Part shown: positions 17,369 to 28,105 of the stretch, one piece after another
Numbering within the stretch: position 1 is the stretch's first letter
Layout of the letters: every line of letters begins with the position of its first letter
Source of the DNA: a virus
Taxonomy: Duplodnaviria; Caudoviricetes
Virus record (IMG/VR): IMGVR_UViG_3300011989_000486
Coordinates: 4,313-68,312 of that record
Direction: 5' to 3' (one strand)
Length of the DNA: 64,000 nt
Translations under genes and position numbers: made by a program
The notes under the pieces: generated by a model
The model's database searches: none
What the model was told of the DNA's origin: nothing
Seen by the model: the letters and a program-made list of their open reading frames with translations, nothing else

Positions 17369-17910
17369 TGTGTTATTACACCGATAACAGCACGATCAGA
17401 GATTCACTTGTCAAAGTTCTGTTTCAGCCTTTAGACAAACTGGACACTAAGATGCGTGAATCTCTGACCCAAAAGAATAACAAGCTCATTAAAGATGACG
17501 ATGCTTTAGGCTTTAGTGCCGGTTCAGCTTTTTATTTCAGAGACCTTTCTACAGTCCCTGAGAAAATCACTCCTAATGACAAATACAGACTACCTGAGCT
17601 TGATGAAAGCCTGCTGTCTGAGTATCAGAAGTATTTGGAGTTTACTGAACGTAACAAGACCTTAAAGCACCGTATCAGTGACTTCTTTGCTGAAGTCCTG
17701 CTTAACTATCAGGAACACGCAGAGCTTTGCCCTGAGTCTGTTTCTGAGGAGGTCTTAGACTTAGGCAAAATCTTTCCGACATTCCTGCTTAACTTAGCAA
17801 ACCTTAACTACACCTCAAATACTTACGAGATACTGCCTGAAAACAAATCAGACTGGGACAGATGGTTTCCCGAAGTAAATAAGCTCATTGCTATGAGGTC
17901 AGTGTTATGA
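17365..17910 (+). CDS. Conserved helicase-polymerase intervening protein (N4 gp38-like)
   Basis: ATGA-coupled at both ends; assignment by synteny only. Confidence 0.6.
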   Translation: MMCYYTDNSTIRDSLVKVLFQPLDKLDTKMRESLTQKNNKLIKDDDALGFSAGSAFYFRDLSTVPEKITPNDKYRLPELDESLLSEYQKYLEFTERNKTLKHRISDFFAEVLLNYQEHAELCPESVSEEVLDLGKIFPTFLLNLANLNYTSNTYEILPENKSDWDRWFPEVNKLIAMRSVL

Positions 17911-20459
17911 AGGTATTGCTGTTGGTTCCGCAGGGAGCCAGAAAGGAAGTCATTATGGAGCACTATATAAAACTCCTGCTTCCTAAGACTGAGTATCAAG
18001 TCATGTTCTTGTATGACCCAAGAACCCGTATCTCTATGACAGAGAGACGCAGACTGGTTAGTGAGGAGTATCAGGAAGCCATAAATGAAGCTGACTATAC
18101 CGTCATTTGCCACGCTGACTGGTTCCAGGCTGTTTATAAGAACTGCAAACCTATGCGAACCATCGGCTATCGTCTGCAAGACCCCAAAGGCAATTTCATT
18201 TTCTTTGCACCTAACCCTCATGCCTTAACCTATGACCCCTCTATGGAGGTGAAAATAGCTCAGGCATTGAGCGCAGTAAATGACTGTTTGCTTGGCTCAT
18301 ATCAGGAGCCAGGGAAAGACATCATTCGTACTGCCCAGTATGCAAAGACTCCAAGTGAAATCTCCAGTACCTTGGCTCAGCTTATGAGCTATGACGTGCT
18401 TACCTGTGACATAGAGACCAGAAACCACAACCCTGACAATCCAGACGGCTGTCTGTGTCATGTCAGCGCTGGTGTGGTCTCTGTGGCTTTTGCATGGAAC
18501 GAGCATGAAGGCGTGGTGCTGTACATCAACGAGGTTCCTGAAAATCTAGCTACCCTGAAACAGTTCTTTGAGAACTGGCAAGGCAAGCTGATTTTTCACA
18601 ACATCGCTTATGACGTGTACATCCTCATCTACAGGCTCTTTATGCAGAACCCGCTAGATCAGGCAGGTTTGCTTAACGGCTTGCATGTGTTTCTTGACAG
18701 AGATTGGGATGACACCAAGCTCATCACTTACTTAGCCACCAACTCCGCCGCAGGGAACTCTCTTGGACTTAAAGATAATACTCAGGAGTATTCAGGTGAT
18801 TATGCAGTAGATGAGATTAAGGACATTGACAAGATCCCTGTAGACAAAATGATGAAGTACAACCTCATTGATACTTTGTCTACTTGGTATCTGTACAAGA
18901 AATACCATGACAAGATGGTCAATGACCAGCAGGAACAGGTTTATGACCTGTTTAGAAAAGCCACTAAGGACATTATCCAGATGCAGCTTACAGGAATGCC
19001 TTTGGATATGAACCAAGTGAAGAAAGCCAAAGCTCAGCTTCAGAAGATTAACGATGATGCCATAGCGACTATCAAGCAGCTTTCAATCGTTAAACAGTTT
19101 GAAGCGCAGCTAAAGCTGGACTGGGTAGCCAGAAAGAACGCTACGCTCAAAACCAAGACAGTGAGTCTTTTAGACGCCAACCGTCCTGAGAATGAGTTTA
19201 ACGTTGGTTCAGGTCAGCAGACTGCCAAGCTGCTCTATGAACAGCTCAAGCTGCCTGTACTGGCTACTACTGCTAACAAGCAGCCCAAGACTGACGGAGA
19301 CACTTTTACTTCACTTCTGGCTCATGTGCAGTCAGGGACTGAAGAAGAGACGCTGTTAAAGAACCTGATAGCTTACAAGGAAGTAAGCAAGATCTTACAG
19401 GCGTTCATCCCTCACTTTGAAGCTGCCTATCCATATGGAGGATGGCACTGGCTTTACGGGCACTTCAATTTGGGAGGAACTGTCTCAGGCAGGCTTAGCT
19501 CATCCAAGCCTAACCTGCAAAACCTTCCAGCCACTGGTTCCAAATATGCTCATGTTATCAAGGAATGCTTTAAAGCCCCTCCTGGATGGCTGATGATTGG
19601 AATTGACTTTGCGTCACTGGAAGATCGCATCTCAGCTCTTACGACAAAAGATCCTCAGAAATTAAAGGTTTATACCGATGGCTATGATGGTCACTGCCTG
19701 AGAAGTTTCTTTTATCTGGGAGACCAGATGCCTGATATTCAGCAAGAGTATGCCCAGTGCAAGACTGAAGCTGAGAAGGTTAAGGTCATTAACTCTATCA
19801 AGAAGCGTTACAAGCATCTAAGACAGGAGAGTAAAGGCTATACCTTTGCACTTACTTACAATTGCATAGCCAAGACGCTGGAAACCAAGTTTGGAGCCAG
19901 CAAGGAGAAAGCGGAAAAGATTTACAAAGCCTTTCATGAGCTTTATCACGTCAGTGATGAATGGGTAAAAAGCAAGATCCAGAAAGCCTTTACTGACGGC
20001 TATGTTGAGTGTGCCTTTGGGCTCAGACTCAGAACACCTAAGATGTTCAGGTCTTTCCCTGAAGACATCCAAAAGAACTTTGCCGTAGGCGAGGAGTTCA
20101 GGACAGCAGCCAATGCTTTAGGTCAGTCTTATGGACTCTTAAACTCACGCTCAGGCGTTGAGTTTAATGAAAAAGTAAGAGCCAGCAAATACAGGCTGGA
20201 TATCAAGCCTATCTGTCAGATTCATGATGCCCAGTACTTCCTGATTAAAGACGATCCTGATGTCTTTATCTTCTGCAATGAAGGTCTGGTACAAGCTGAT
20301 TCATGGCAGGAACTGCCTGAGATTAAGCATCCTGATGTTCATTTAGGAGGAGAGCTCAGTGTGTTCTATCCGTCATGGGCAGATGAGTTTGGTGTACCAA
20401 ATCATGTGAGCAAACAAGACTTACTACAGCTTACTGATAAATATCTTACTAGCCTGTAA
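17907..20459 (+). CDS. DNA polymerase, family A, with 3'-5' exonuclease
   Basis: Exo DIET and FHNIAYD; GRLSSSKPNLQN; motif A IDFASLEDRI; motif B KGYTFALTY; motif C QIHDAQY. Confidence 0.96.
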   Translation: MKVLLLVPQGARKEVIMEHYIKLLLPKTEYQVMFLYDPRTRISMTERRRLVSEEYQEAINEADYTVICHADWFQAVYKNCKPMRTIGYRLQDPKGNFIFFAPNPHALTYDPSMEVKIAQALSAVNDCLLGSYQEPGKDIIRTAQYAKTPSEISSTLAQLMSYDVLTCDIETRNHNPDNPDGCLCHVSAGVVSVAFAWNEHEGVVLYINEVPENLATLKQFFENWQGKLIFHNIAYDVYILIYRLFMQNPLDQAGLLNGLHVFLDRDWDDTKLITYLATNSAAGNSLGLKDNTQEYSGDYAVDEIKDIDKIPVDKMMKYNLIDTLSTWYLYKKYHDKMVNDQQEQVYDLFRKATKDIIQMQLTGMPLDMNQVKKAKAQLQKINDDAIATIKQLSIVKQFEAQLKLDWVARKNATLKTKTVSLLDANRPENEFNVGSGQQTAKLLYEQLKLPVLATTANKQPKTDGDTFTSLLAHVQSGTEEETLLKNLIAYKEVSKILQAFIPHFEAAYPYGGWHWLYGHFNLGGTVSGRLSSSKPNLQNLPATGSKYAHVIKECFKAPPGWLMIGIDFASLEDRISALTTKDPQKLKVYTDGYDGHCLRSFFYLGDQMPDIQQEYAQCKTEAEKVKVINSIKKRYKHLRQESKGYTFALTYNCIAKTLETKFGASKEKAEKIYKAFHELYHVSDEWVKSKIQKAFTDGYVECAFGLRLRTPKMFRSFPEDIQKNFAVGEEFRTAANALGQSYGLLNSRSGVEFNEKVRASKYRLDIKPICQIHDAQYFLIKDDPDVFIFCNEGLVQADSWQELPEIKHPDVHLGGELSVFYPSWADEFGVPNHVSKQDLLQLTDKYLTSL

Positions 20460-20594
20460 TGTTTTACTGATAGTGTGATATCATGAATAAGCTTTCAAAG
20501 CCAAATCTACAAAATACATATAAGTAAGATTCTTTGAAAGAAAAAACACAAGAAAAATAAATTTACTTACCACTACCTATTTAAGGAAATTACT

Positions 20595-21131
20595 ATGTCA
20601 AATATGTTTATGACAGTAAACCAAGAGACTATGGATATGCCGTTAAAAGCTTTGTTCAATATCAGCATGATTAGAACAGCTTTAACGCTTAATCATAAGT
20701 ATCTTGATAGCGGAGAGCTAACCAAACTGCGTTATGGTCATGCAGATCTTAGTTCCCTCCATCTTGAGCCAAATGTGGAAGCTAAGTTTAAAGCCTGGTG
20801 TAAGGTTAATAAGGTCAAATGGTATGACGTTATTGCTGCACTGGGCGGTGACAAAGCGCAAATACAGCCTGTCAGTTTTGCCCTTGGGTATAAATTCCCC
20901 AGGTTCCTAAGAGTGTTCCTGAACAAGTGTGACATTCCCGTCATAGATTTGGCAGATAAAGACATTAAAGTTACTCTTGATACATTTATGCAGGCTAAAG
21001 CCTATGAAGGTTTCTGCACCCGCATGGTGGAAGAGTACAACTATAAAAATGTCTACTATCTGCCTATGTATGACAAAGCTACTGACACTTACGACTGGTA
21101 TCCATTTACTCGTAACAAAGTAGCCGCTTAA
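20595..21131 (+). CDS. Hypothetical protein
   Basis: 178 aa, AAGGA RBS, TACCACTAC leader, terminator after. Confidence 0.8.
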   Translation: MSNMFMTVNQETMDMPLKALFNISMIRTALTLNHKYLDSGELTKLRYGHADLSSLHLEPNVEAKFKAWCKVNKVKWYDVIAALGGDKAQIQPVSFALGYKFPRFLRVFLNKCDIPVIDLADKDIKVTLDTFMQAKAYEGFCTRMVEEYNYKNVYYLPMYDKATDTYDWYPFTRNKVAA

Positions 21132-21146
21132 TTCTTTTAAGTGTCA

Positions 21147-21181
21147 TTACCCACACCAGTTTCTGGTGTGGGTATTTTTTT
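21147..21181 (+). terminator. Intrinsic terminator
   Basis: TACCCACACCAG-TTT-CTGGTGTGGGTA plus T-tract. Confidence 0.85.
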
Positions 21182-21324
21182 ATTTAACCGTTGGCTGACT
21201 CAATTTACCAGTCAGTACTTTCCTGTTATTTATCAATTTACCCGCACAAATACTTTTACTGATCTGAAGACAGCGGCAAATCGTTTGCTAACGTTTTCCC
21301 TACCACTACTTACCGAGATACATA

Positions 21325-22296
21325 ATGAAAATTACTAATGAATACAATATCCCAGCCGTATTGCAAGTATGGCTTGGAGCTGACAACTACGACTATGTAA
21401 ACAAGCCCAAATACATTTCAGCCACTACTCTGGAGAAGTCTGCAAAACAGATAATTCTGGCTTCAAGAGTGAAGCCTGAAGACCAGAGTATGGACATGTC
21501 AGACCTGATAGCCACCAAGCTTGGTGAAGCTGTCCATGAGTCTATTGAGGCAGCTTGGATTAAGTCTCTGCCTAATGCTTTAAAGAATTTAAGTGAAACC
21601 GAAGCCTTTAAAGGCGTCTCCCCTGAAGATATCGTTATCAATCCTCAGACTGAGGAAGAAGCCAAAGGCAAGATCGTCATTAACATTGAACAGCGTGCTT
21701 TTAAGGAGATTGATGGTTTTACCATCGGCGGCAAGTTTGACTTTGTGGGTGAAGGCAAACTGCATGATTTCAAGACCACCTCTGCCTACACATGGATGAA
21801 CCAGTCCAGAGTACCTGAGTTCGTCAAACAGGGTTCCATCTACCGCTGGCTCAATCCTGAACTAATCACCAGTGATGACGTCACCATCTGCTATATCTTC
21901 ACCGATTGGTCTAAAGCCAGTGCCAAAGCCAATCCCAAATATCCTCAGTGTCGCGTAATTGCGGAGAAGTATCCGCTTCTCTCAATGGAAGCCACTGAGC
22001 ACTTCATCAGAGCCAAACTTGCACTGCTTAACAAGTACTGGGACAGCCCTGAAGAAGAAATCCCTGACTGCAATGACGAAGAGCTTTGGCGTACTCCTGA
22101 CAAATTCAAGTACTACTCAAAGCCTGGTGCTGTAAGAGCCACCAAAGTCTTTGACAACATGATGGATGCAGTCAAGTTTCAAACCTCAAAGTCTGGTGTG
22201 GGTGAGATCCGAGTTCAGAAGGGCTCACCCAGAGCTTGCATGTACTGCAAAGCCGCATGTATATGCCAACAGCGTAAACGTTACGAGGAAGCATAA
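21325..22296 (+). CDS. PD-(D/E)xK Cas4-like exonuclease (N4 gp42-like)
   Basis: GKFD..LHDFKTT nuclease motif; C-terminal CMYC..C cysteine cluster. Confidence 0.85.
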   Translation: MKITNEYNIPAVLQVWLGADNYDYVNKPKYISATTLEKSAKQIILASRVKPEDQSMDMSDLIATKLGEAVHESIEAAWIKSLPNALKNLSETEAFKGVSPEDIVINPQTEEEAKGKIVINIEQRAFKEIDGFTIGGKFDFVGEGKLHDFKTTSAYTWMNQSRVPEFVKQGSIYRWLNPELITSDDVTICYIFTDWSKASAKANPKYPQCRVIAEKYPLLSMEATEHFIRAKLALLNKYWDSPEEEIPDCNDEELWRTPDKFKYYSKPGAVRATKVFDNMMDAVKFQTSKSGVGEIRVQKGSPRACMYCKAACICQQRKRYEEA

Positions 22297-24525
22297 ATGT
22301 CTCATATTATTGACACTTCAAGTTTTAATCACAATCCCATCATGGAGACCATTACCGACTACATCTGCACTAAGCAGCTTAACTTTGACAAAAGCTATTT
22401 TCGCGCAGTGGTCGTGAGCCAGTTGGCTACTATGGCTTCATGCATGAGAGTGACTATCAGCTCAAAGGCTGACAAACTAATCCCGGTAAATGTCTACACA
22501 CTTGCCTTGGCTCATTCAGGCTATGGCAAAGGTGTGACTCTCCATCTGCTAGATGACATTCTTGCTGGCTTTAATGAGAGATTTAAAGACCTCACTTTCC
22601 CTTATGCCAGTGAGAGAAATCTCAATATCCTGACCAATCGCATTGCAGCCAATTCATCCAAGAGTGCTGAAGAAATCATGGATGAAATTAGTGCCCAGTA
22701 TTATGCGATTGGCGGAAGGTCTTATCAGACCCGTATGAGTGATGCAACCGTAGAAGCTGTAAGGCAGCTTCATCAGATGCTGGTTATGGCTAACGCAGGC
22801 TGCATTAACCTCTGCATGGATGAGATTGGCTCAGTCTATGACAAAGCCGCTGACATCATGACTCTCTTTGTGGAGCTGTATGACTGCGGCAAGATGGACT
22901 ACAAAGTTACCAAGAATACTAAAGACAATCAGCGCGGACGCGAGTTTGCAGGTGATGTTCCAGCCAACCTGTTAATGTTTGGCGCACCTACTGCTCTGTT
23001 AGATGGCGGCAAGCGTGAAGACAAGTTCTATCAGGATTTACAGAACGGCTTAGCCAGAAGGCTCATGTTTGCTTACGGCAAAGCGAACCAAGGGAATCAG
23101 GCTGTTGATACCTATACCCCTGCTGAGCGCTTTGCCCTGAGATCTAATGCCCAGAACACGGCAGTACGTGATCAGATGGCTAAGAAGTTCATGTTCTTAG
23201 CTGACCCAATGCTGCTGGGTAAAGACATTGAGATCCCTGATGATATAGCTATCTACTTTGAGGATTATCACGGCAGATGCATATCCTATGCAGAGTCTCT
23301 GCCTAACTCAGACAGTGAGCAGCTCAAGAAGCTTGAAGTTACTCACAGGTACTTCAAAGCCATGAAGCTGGCTGGTCTTTATGCCTTCCTGGATAAATCC
23401 TCAGTGGTTACTAAAGACCACGCAGACCAGGCTATCAAGCTTGTGGAAGAGTCTGGAGAGAACTTTCAGAAGATTCTGTTCAGACCCGCTCCTAAAGCCA
23501 GATTAGCTATTTATCTGTCTAAACAGGATGAAGCCAAGACCTTCTCAGATATTGAAGATGATCTTAATTTCTTCAAGAACCTGTCCAAGCAGAACAAGAT
23601 GACCTTAATGGTCAGAGCTGCTGAATGGGGTCTGAAGAATAACATCCTGGTTCAGATGAAGACGATCGCAGGTACTGACAGGTATTCAGCCAAGACTCTT
23701 GAGAAGACTTCACTGGATGACTTAATCATCTCCTACTCAGGTGATTTAGCCAACGGCTATCAGAACGGAACCATCTCATGGGATGAGCTTAAAGCTCTGC
23801 CTACCCTGTCCAAACAGGATGACGGAGTTACTCCTATGCACTGGCTCCCGATGCATTGTGACAAAGGTCACCGTTGTGATGAGTCCATCATCCCTGGCTT
23901 TCACCTGATAGTGCTTGATGTAGACTCAGGCTTTTCCATTAAAGCCTTCCAGTCGCTGTTCAGTGACTACAAATACATTCTCTACACAACCAAGAGACAC
24001 ACTCCAGAGCTCAATCGCTACCGAGTAATCTTCCCGATGAACTTCAAGCTTGAGCTGGACAAGAAGACTTATAAAGCCTTTATGGACAATATTCTGGAAT
24101 GGGTTCCTTTTGAGGTAGACCCAGGTGTAGACCAGATTTCCCGTAAATGGGAAACCAATCCTAAAAACACTCAGGTTATTTCAAATGAAGGCGAGCTCTT
24201 TGACTGCCTGCCGTTCATTCCGTACACCTCAGAGAATGAGCGTTTTCAGCAGGGTGAGAAGAAGATAGCCAGCCTGAATAATCTTGAGAAATGGTTTGCA
24301 CGTGAGTATGCCGAAGGCAACCGCAACAACATTCTCTATCGCTATGCGATGGTCTTGTTTGATGCGGGCAATGACCTTGTGACTATTGAACAGGCTATTA
24401 CCGACTTCAATAAAGCTCAGGAAGACCCTCTGCCTGAAGATGAAATCAAAGCGACTGTCATGGCTCAGATAGCCAAGAAAGTCACTCAGGTTACTGTGAA
24501 TAACAGCACTAACGTGGCAGCTTAA
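22297..24525 (+). CDS. DNA primase (N4 gp43-like)
   Basis: 742 aa; SGYGKG P-loop, VLDVD and RYRVIFP primase-polymerase motifs, C-terminal EGNRNN (PriCT-like). Confidence 0.85.
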   Translation: MSHIIDTSSFNHNPIMETITDYICTKQLNFDKSYFRAVVVSQLATMASCMRVTISSKADKLIPVNVYTLALAHSGYGKGVTLHLLDDILAGFNERFKDLTFPYASERNLNILTNRIAANSSKSAEEIMDEISAQYYAIGGRSYQTRMSDATVEAVRQLHQMLVMANAGCINLCMDEIGSVYDKAADIMTLFVELYDCGKMDYKVTKNTKDNQRGREFAGDVPANLLMFGAPTALLDGGKREDKFYQDLQNGLARRLMFAYGKANQGNQAVDTYTPAERFALRSNAQNTAVRDQMAKKFMFLADPMLLGKDIEIPDDIAIYFEDYHGRCISYAESLPNSDSEQLKKLEVTHRYFKAMKLAGLYAFLDKSSVVTKDHADQAIKLVEESGENFQKILFRPAPKARLAIYLSKQDEAKTFSDIEDDLNFFKNLSKQNKMTLMVRAAEWGLKNNILVQMKTIAGTDRYSAKTLEKTSLDDLIISYSGDLANGYQNGTISWDELKALPTLSKQDDGVTPMHWLPMHCDKGHRCDESIIPGFHLIVLDVDSGFSIKAFQSLFSDYKYILYTTKRHTPELNRYRVIFPMNFKLELDKKTYKAFMDNILEWVPFEVDPGVDQISRKWETNPKNTQVISNEGELFDCLPFIPYTSENERFQQGEKKIASLNNLEKWFAREYAEGNRNNILYRYAMVLFDAGNDLVTIEQAITDFNKAQEDPLPEDEIKATVMAQIAKKVTQVTVNNSTNVAA

Positions 24526-24538
24526 TAAAGGAGATTAA

Positions 24539-25276
24539 ATGCCAGACATTAACAATAAACTAGTCCTCATTTGCGGCGTAAGCGGAACTGGAAAGTCATT
24601 CTGCTTTAAGAACATTGAGGACCAGGAACACTGGTGGTATCTGAATACTGAATCAGGCAAGGCTTTACCTTACCGTAACAAGTTTCAGTCTTACGTTATC
24701 ACCAATCCGTTTGATGTATTGAGCGCCTTTCAGCAAGGGACTGACAACCCTGACTGCAAAGGCATCATCATTGATTCACTGACCTTCCTGATGGACTTGT
24801 TTGAGTCCACTCAGGTACTAAGGCCTGGTGCGGATACCCGCAAGGAGTGGTCTAACTACAATCAGTTCTTCAAAACACTGATGCAGCAAGCCATTCCTAC
24901 GTTTAACAAACCTACTTTCATCACAGCCCATGTTTTGGAGTCTCAGGATGAGAAGACTTTGGAATGGAGAACCAGTGTACCGATTAAAGGCGCTTTAAGA
25001 GGTCAAGGTGTGGAAGCGTATTTCAATCAAATTATCTACACCAAGAAAGTACCGATTAAACGTCTTGAGAAGTATGAAAAAGACAACCCTTTATTGCATA
25101 TCACAGACCGAGAGCGTGGTTTGGGTTTTAAACATGTGTTTCAGACCCAACTGACTGCTGACTCGCTTGGCGAACGCATCAGAGGACCTGTAGATATGTT
25201 TACTGAACAGGAGACTTATACAGACAACGACATAACAGAAATCTTATCTCGCATAGACGAGTACTACGCTAATTAA
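24539..25276 (+). CDS. Sak4-like/AAA ATPase (N4 gp44-like)
   Basis: GVSGTGKS, LNTESG, IIIDSLT, ITAH. Confidence 0.85.
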   Translation: MPDINNKLVLICGVSGTGKSFCFKNIEDQEHWWYLNTESGKALPYRNKFQSYVITNPFDVLSAFQQGTDNPDCKGIIIDSLTFLMDLFESTQVLRPGADTRKEWSNYNQFFKTLMQQAIPTFNKPTFITAHVLESQDEKTLEWRTSVPIKGALRGQGVEAYFNQIIYTKKVPIKRLEKYEKDNPLLHITDRERGLGFKHVFQTQLTADSLGERIRGPVDMFTEQETYTDNDITEILSRIDEYYAN

Positions 25277-25324
25277 TTATTACTAACAACTATTTACTTA
25301 CCACTAACTTAAACAGAAAATATT

Positions 25325-26122
25325 ATGAGCAATTTCGCTAATCTTAAACGTACCGCCGACATGGAAGCTTCTAAGGACACTTTAGGCTCAGGCTACATGC
25401 TGGAATCCGATGTTTACCCTTGCATGATTGAGTGCGCTTGGCTTGGCACTTACAAGTCTGGAGCCATGTACCTTGGTCTCAGGCTCAAAGTGCGTAAAGA
25501 AGACGGCACTATGCAGGAGTATAACGAGCGGCTCTGCCTTACTAACAAGAAAGGCGAGAACTACTTTGTCAATAAAGCAGGCAAGAAACAGGCACTCCCT
25601 GGCTATGAGAGAGCTGACGATATCTGCTTGCTCAGTGTTGGTCAGCAGTTCGGTGACCTGGTTAATATGCCTGACGGTGTAGTCAAGAAGAATATCCAGC
25701 TCTGGAATCCTGAGACGAGCCAGATGGAACCTACTGAGGTTGATGCCATTGCCGCACTGACTAATCAGGAAGTGCTGATTGGCATCCTCAAGATCCATGA
25801 GAACAAGCAGACTGCTGACAGTAACGGTAACTACGTCAATACCAATGATGCGAAGGACATTAATCAGATTGATAAAGCCTTCCACATGGACTACAAGGCT
25901 ACCGTGGCTGAGCTGCTTGCAGCCCGCAAGAACGGCACTGACCCGTCTGACATTAAGCCTGAGTTTATTAACAAGTGGTTAGCCAAGCATAAAGGTATCA
26001 CTGTTGATAAATTCAAGCCTGTGGCTGAGTCTGCTTCATTTGGCGGCACTACCAGCTTTGGTAATTCCAACTTTGGTTCAGCTAATAACAGCAACAAGCT
26101 CTTTGGGCGCAAGGCTAGCTAA
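25325..26122 (+). CDS. ssb: Single-stranded DNA-binding protein (N4 gp45-like)
   Basis: 265 aa, N4-like synteny, LESDVY/NKKGENY/LPG segments, low-complexity C-tail. Confidence 0.75.
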   Translation: MSNFANLKRTADMEASKDTLGSGYMLESDVYPCMIECAWLGTYKSGAMYLGLRLKVRKEDGTMQEYNERLCLTNKKGENYFVNKAGKKQALPGYERADDICLLSVGQQFGDLVNMPDGVVKKNIQLWNPETSQMEPTEVDAIAALTNQEVLIGILKIHENKQTADSNGNYVNTNDAKDINQIDKAFHMDYKATVAELLAARKNGTDPSDIKPEFINKWLAKHKGITVDKFKPVAESASFGGTTSFGNSNFGSANNSNKLFGRKAS

Positions 26123-27445
26123 ATGCTGAACAGGCAGAACCCTGCCGTTGAAGCCATCTCCGTAGACGTACCTGCGGAGGTGGCTCTCAGCCGCAATAAA
26201 AGCTGGATTTTAAATCTGAATAACTATCGCAATGCTCATTATCAGACCCTGAACAAAGCGAAAGTTAATTTCAAGAATTTACTGCTGAGTAAACTTCAGC
26301 AGCTACCCGTTTTTACCCGTATTGATTCCATTGAATACGTCTTATATCGCAACACCAAGCGCAGATGCGATGTAGCTAACGTGTGCTCCATCGTAGATAA
26401 GTTCTTTTGCGATGCCTTAGTGGAAGCAGGAAAACTTCCTGATGACAACTGGCATTACTTGAACTCAGTAACTTATCGCTGGGGCGGTGTGGAAGAACAA
26501 GGTGATTCACACATTATCATTAACATTACTGGACGAACCGATATGAATATTTCTAACGAAGTGAAAATTGACTTAGACAGCGCAGACATCCTCAGTGCTG
26601 TCAAAAAGTATTTAACTGAAGCCTACCCCCAGTTTGCAGAGGAGATTAAATCCTCTGATTTCAAGGTAGAGAAGGAGGATGAGAACGTTGCTGCTCACAT
26701 CCGTTTTGCCGTTAGCCCTGAAAAGCTTAAATCTGCTGCCGCAAAGCAGAATAGCGAGGATGGGAATACTGGCGGCAAGTCTGGTAGCAGACGTAAGCTC
26801 TCAGCAAAAGAGAGATTACACGAGGAGCTATTCGCCAATGCAACAATCAACGTGGATGCCATCAAGCACCCGCCCGTACCGAACCTTGAATCGGAGTCCG
26901 CCGATACCACTCCGATGTCAAGCGTCTCAACAGACGAGTCAAGTGTATCGGATAACAAAGGAGAATCAGATGAATCTATTTCATCAGACTCAAACACAGG
27001 AGCCCCAGTCTTCAAGACCCAGGCAGAAGCAATCGCCTTCATGGAGCGAAGAAACGCAGAAGTGGAAGCTAAACGTGCCGAAGAAGCTAAGCACCACACT
27101 ACCACCTTCGCAGCTTTCAAAGCTCAAAACTCTGCTGAAGGACGAGCGATTCGGGACAGCCGAGCTAATGACGAACGAGGAAGCGAAGCTGTACGAGATG
27201 TGGCTGCAAGCGGTGAACGAAGAGAGGGACAGCCTGGAAAGTTCACCAATTTAAAATCGGACTTCCGCAAAGATGCCAATGAACGTGCTGAGTTTTCAGC
27301 AGCCAATGCTCAGAAGCTGACTGAGCCAAAAGAGCCTGTCAACAAGGCCCCGGTTGAGCAGGAGCTTGAAGCTGTCAAGTCTGAGTCTGAAGAGCCTAAG
27401 CCCTTTGAAGGTTTGACTATCTTTGGCCGGAAGAAAGTAGTGTAA
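26123..27445 (+). CDS. RusA-like Holliday junction resolvase fused to a long charged C-terminal region
   Basis: LNLNNYRN and RRCDVAN..VDKFFCDALV..LPDDN RusA-type motifs in the first ~135 aa. Confidence 0.75.
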   Translation: MLNRQNPAVEAISVDVPAEVALSRNKSWILNLNNYRNAHYQTLNKAKVNFKNLLLSKLQQLPVFTRIDSIEYVLYRNTKRRCDVANVCSIVDKFFCDALVEAGKLPDDNWHYLNSVTYRWGGVEEQGDSHIIINITGRTDMNISNEVKIDLDSADILSAVKKYLTEAYPQFAEEIKSSDFKVEKEDENVAAHIRFAVSPEKLKSAAAKQNSEDGNTGGKSGSRRKLSAKERLHEELFANATINVDAIKHPPVPNLESESADTTPMSSVSTDESSVSDNKGESDESISSDSNTGAPVFKTQAEAIAFMERRNAEVEAKRAEEAKHHTTTFAAFKAQNSAEGRAIRDSRANDERGSEAVRDVAASGERREGQPGKFTNLKSDFRKDANERAEFSAANAQKLTEPKEPVNKAPVEQELEAVKSESEEPKPFEGLTIFGRKKVV

Positions 27446-27453
27446 GTAAAACC

Positions 27454-27471
27454 GAGGGGCGCAAGCCCCTC
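27454..27471 (+). terminator. GC hairpin, likely terminator
   Basis: GAGGGGC-GCAA-GCCCCTC. Confidence 0.7.
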
Positions 27472-27483
27472 TATAGGATTTTT

Positions 27484-27810
27484 ATGAAAGCTACTAATTC
27501 TTACGTTATCTCCACCAATATGAGCAAAGAAGCTCTGAAAAACATCTTTATGACCAAGCGTGTGGAGATACTCACCAATGAGACAGCTCAAGGTTTTAAG
27601 TACATCGCATTTGTCACCAATCAAATTAAATCTCATTTAGACAAGATGTATATCTCAGTCAGCAACTCAGTTATTTGGAGTGCTGCTGTTGGTGCATTAA
27701 AGGCTTACTTTGATGATATTGCGCATGGCAAAGAGAGTGACCTTGATTACTACACAGTACAAGAAGTCGGCAAGATTTTATATCTCACTGACTTGGAGGA
27801 GGCAGCATGA
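27484..27810 (+). CDS. Hypothetical protein
   Basis: 108 aa, ATGA-coupled to next gene. Confidence 0.75.
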   Translation: MKATNSYVISTNMSKEALKNIFMTKRVEILTNETAQGFKYIAFVTNQIKSHLDKMYISVSNSVIWSAAVGALKAYFDDIAHGKESDLDYYTVQEVGKILYLTDLEEAA

Positions 27811-28028
27811 TTCAGATTAGAAGTTTGTTACTCAAAGGTAATGACCATTTAAAGACAGAAGCTCAGTTCAATCAGACTGATGACAAATTGACTCTGGAAA
27901 TTCGTAATGACTTTCAGCATTTGGTTTTTTGTTTTGACCCAGATGACCTTCCTGAAATCATTAGTTATTTAGAAAGATTTCTTGACACATTACAGAATCA
28001 TAAAGATAAATCTTCCTCAGCAGCCTAA
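27807..28028 (+). CDS. Hypothetical protein
   Basis: 73 aa, GGAGG RBS. Confidence 0.75.
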   Translation: MIQIRSLLLKGNDHLKTEAQFNQTDDKLTLEIRNDFQHLVFCFDPDDLPEIISYLERFLDTLQNHKDKSSSAA

Positions 28029-28105
28029 AGATGCTAGACTGAGCATTATTAAAAATTACTTACAAAATAAATTACTTACCACTACTTAATTACTGGATAT
28101 TAGCT

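Noticed and set aside
26679-27254. 191-aa alternative-frame ORF inside the resolvase fusion
   Set aside because: No RBS or motifs; likely a by-product of biased composition. Overprinting is not formally excluded.
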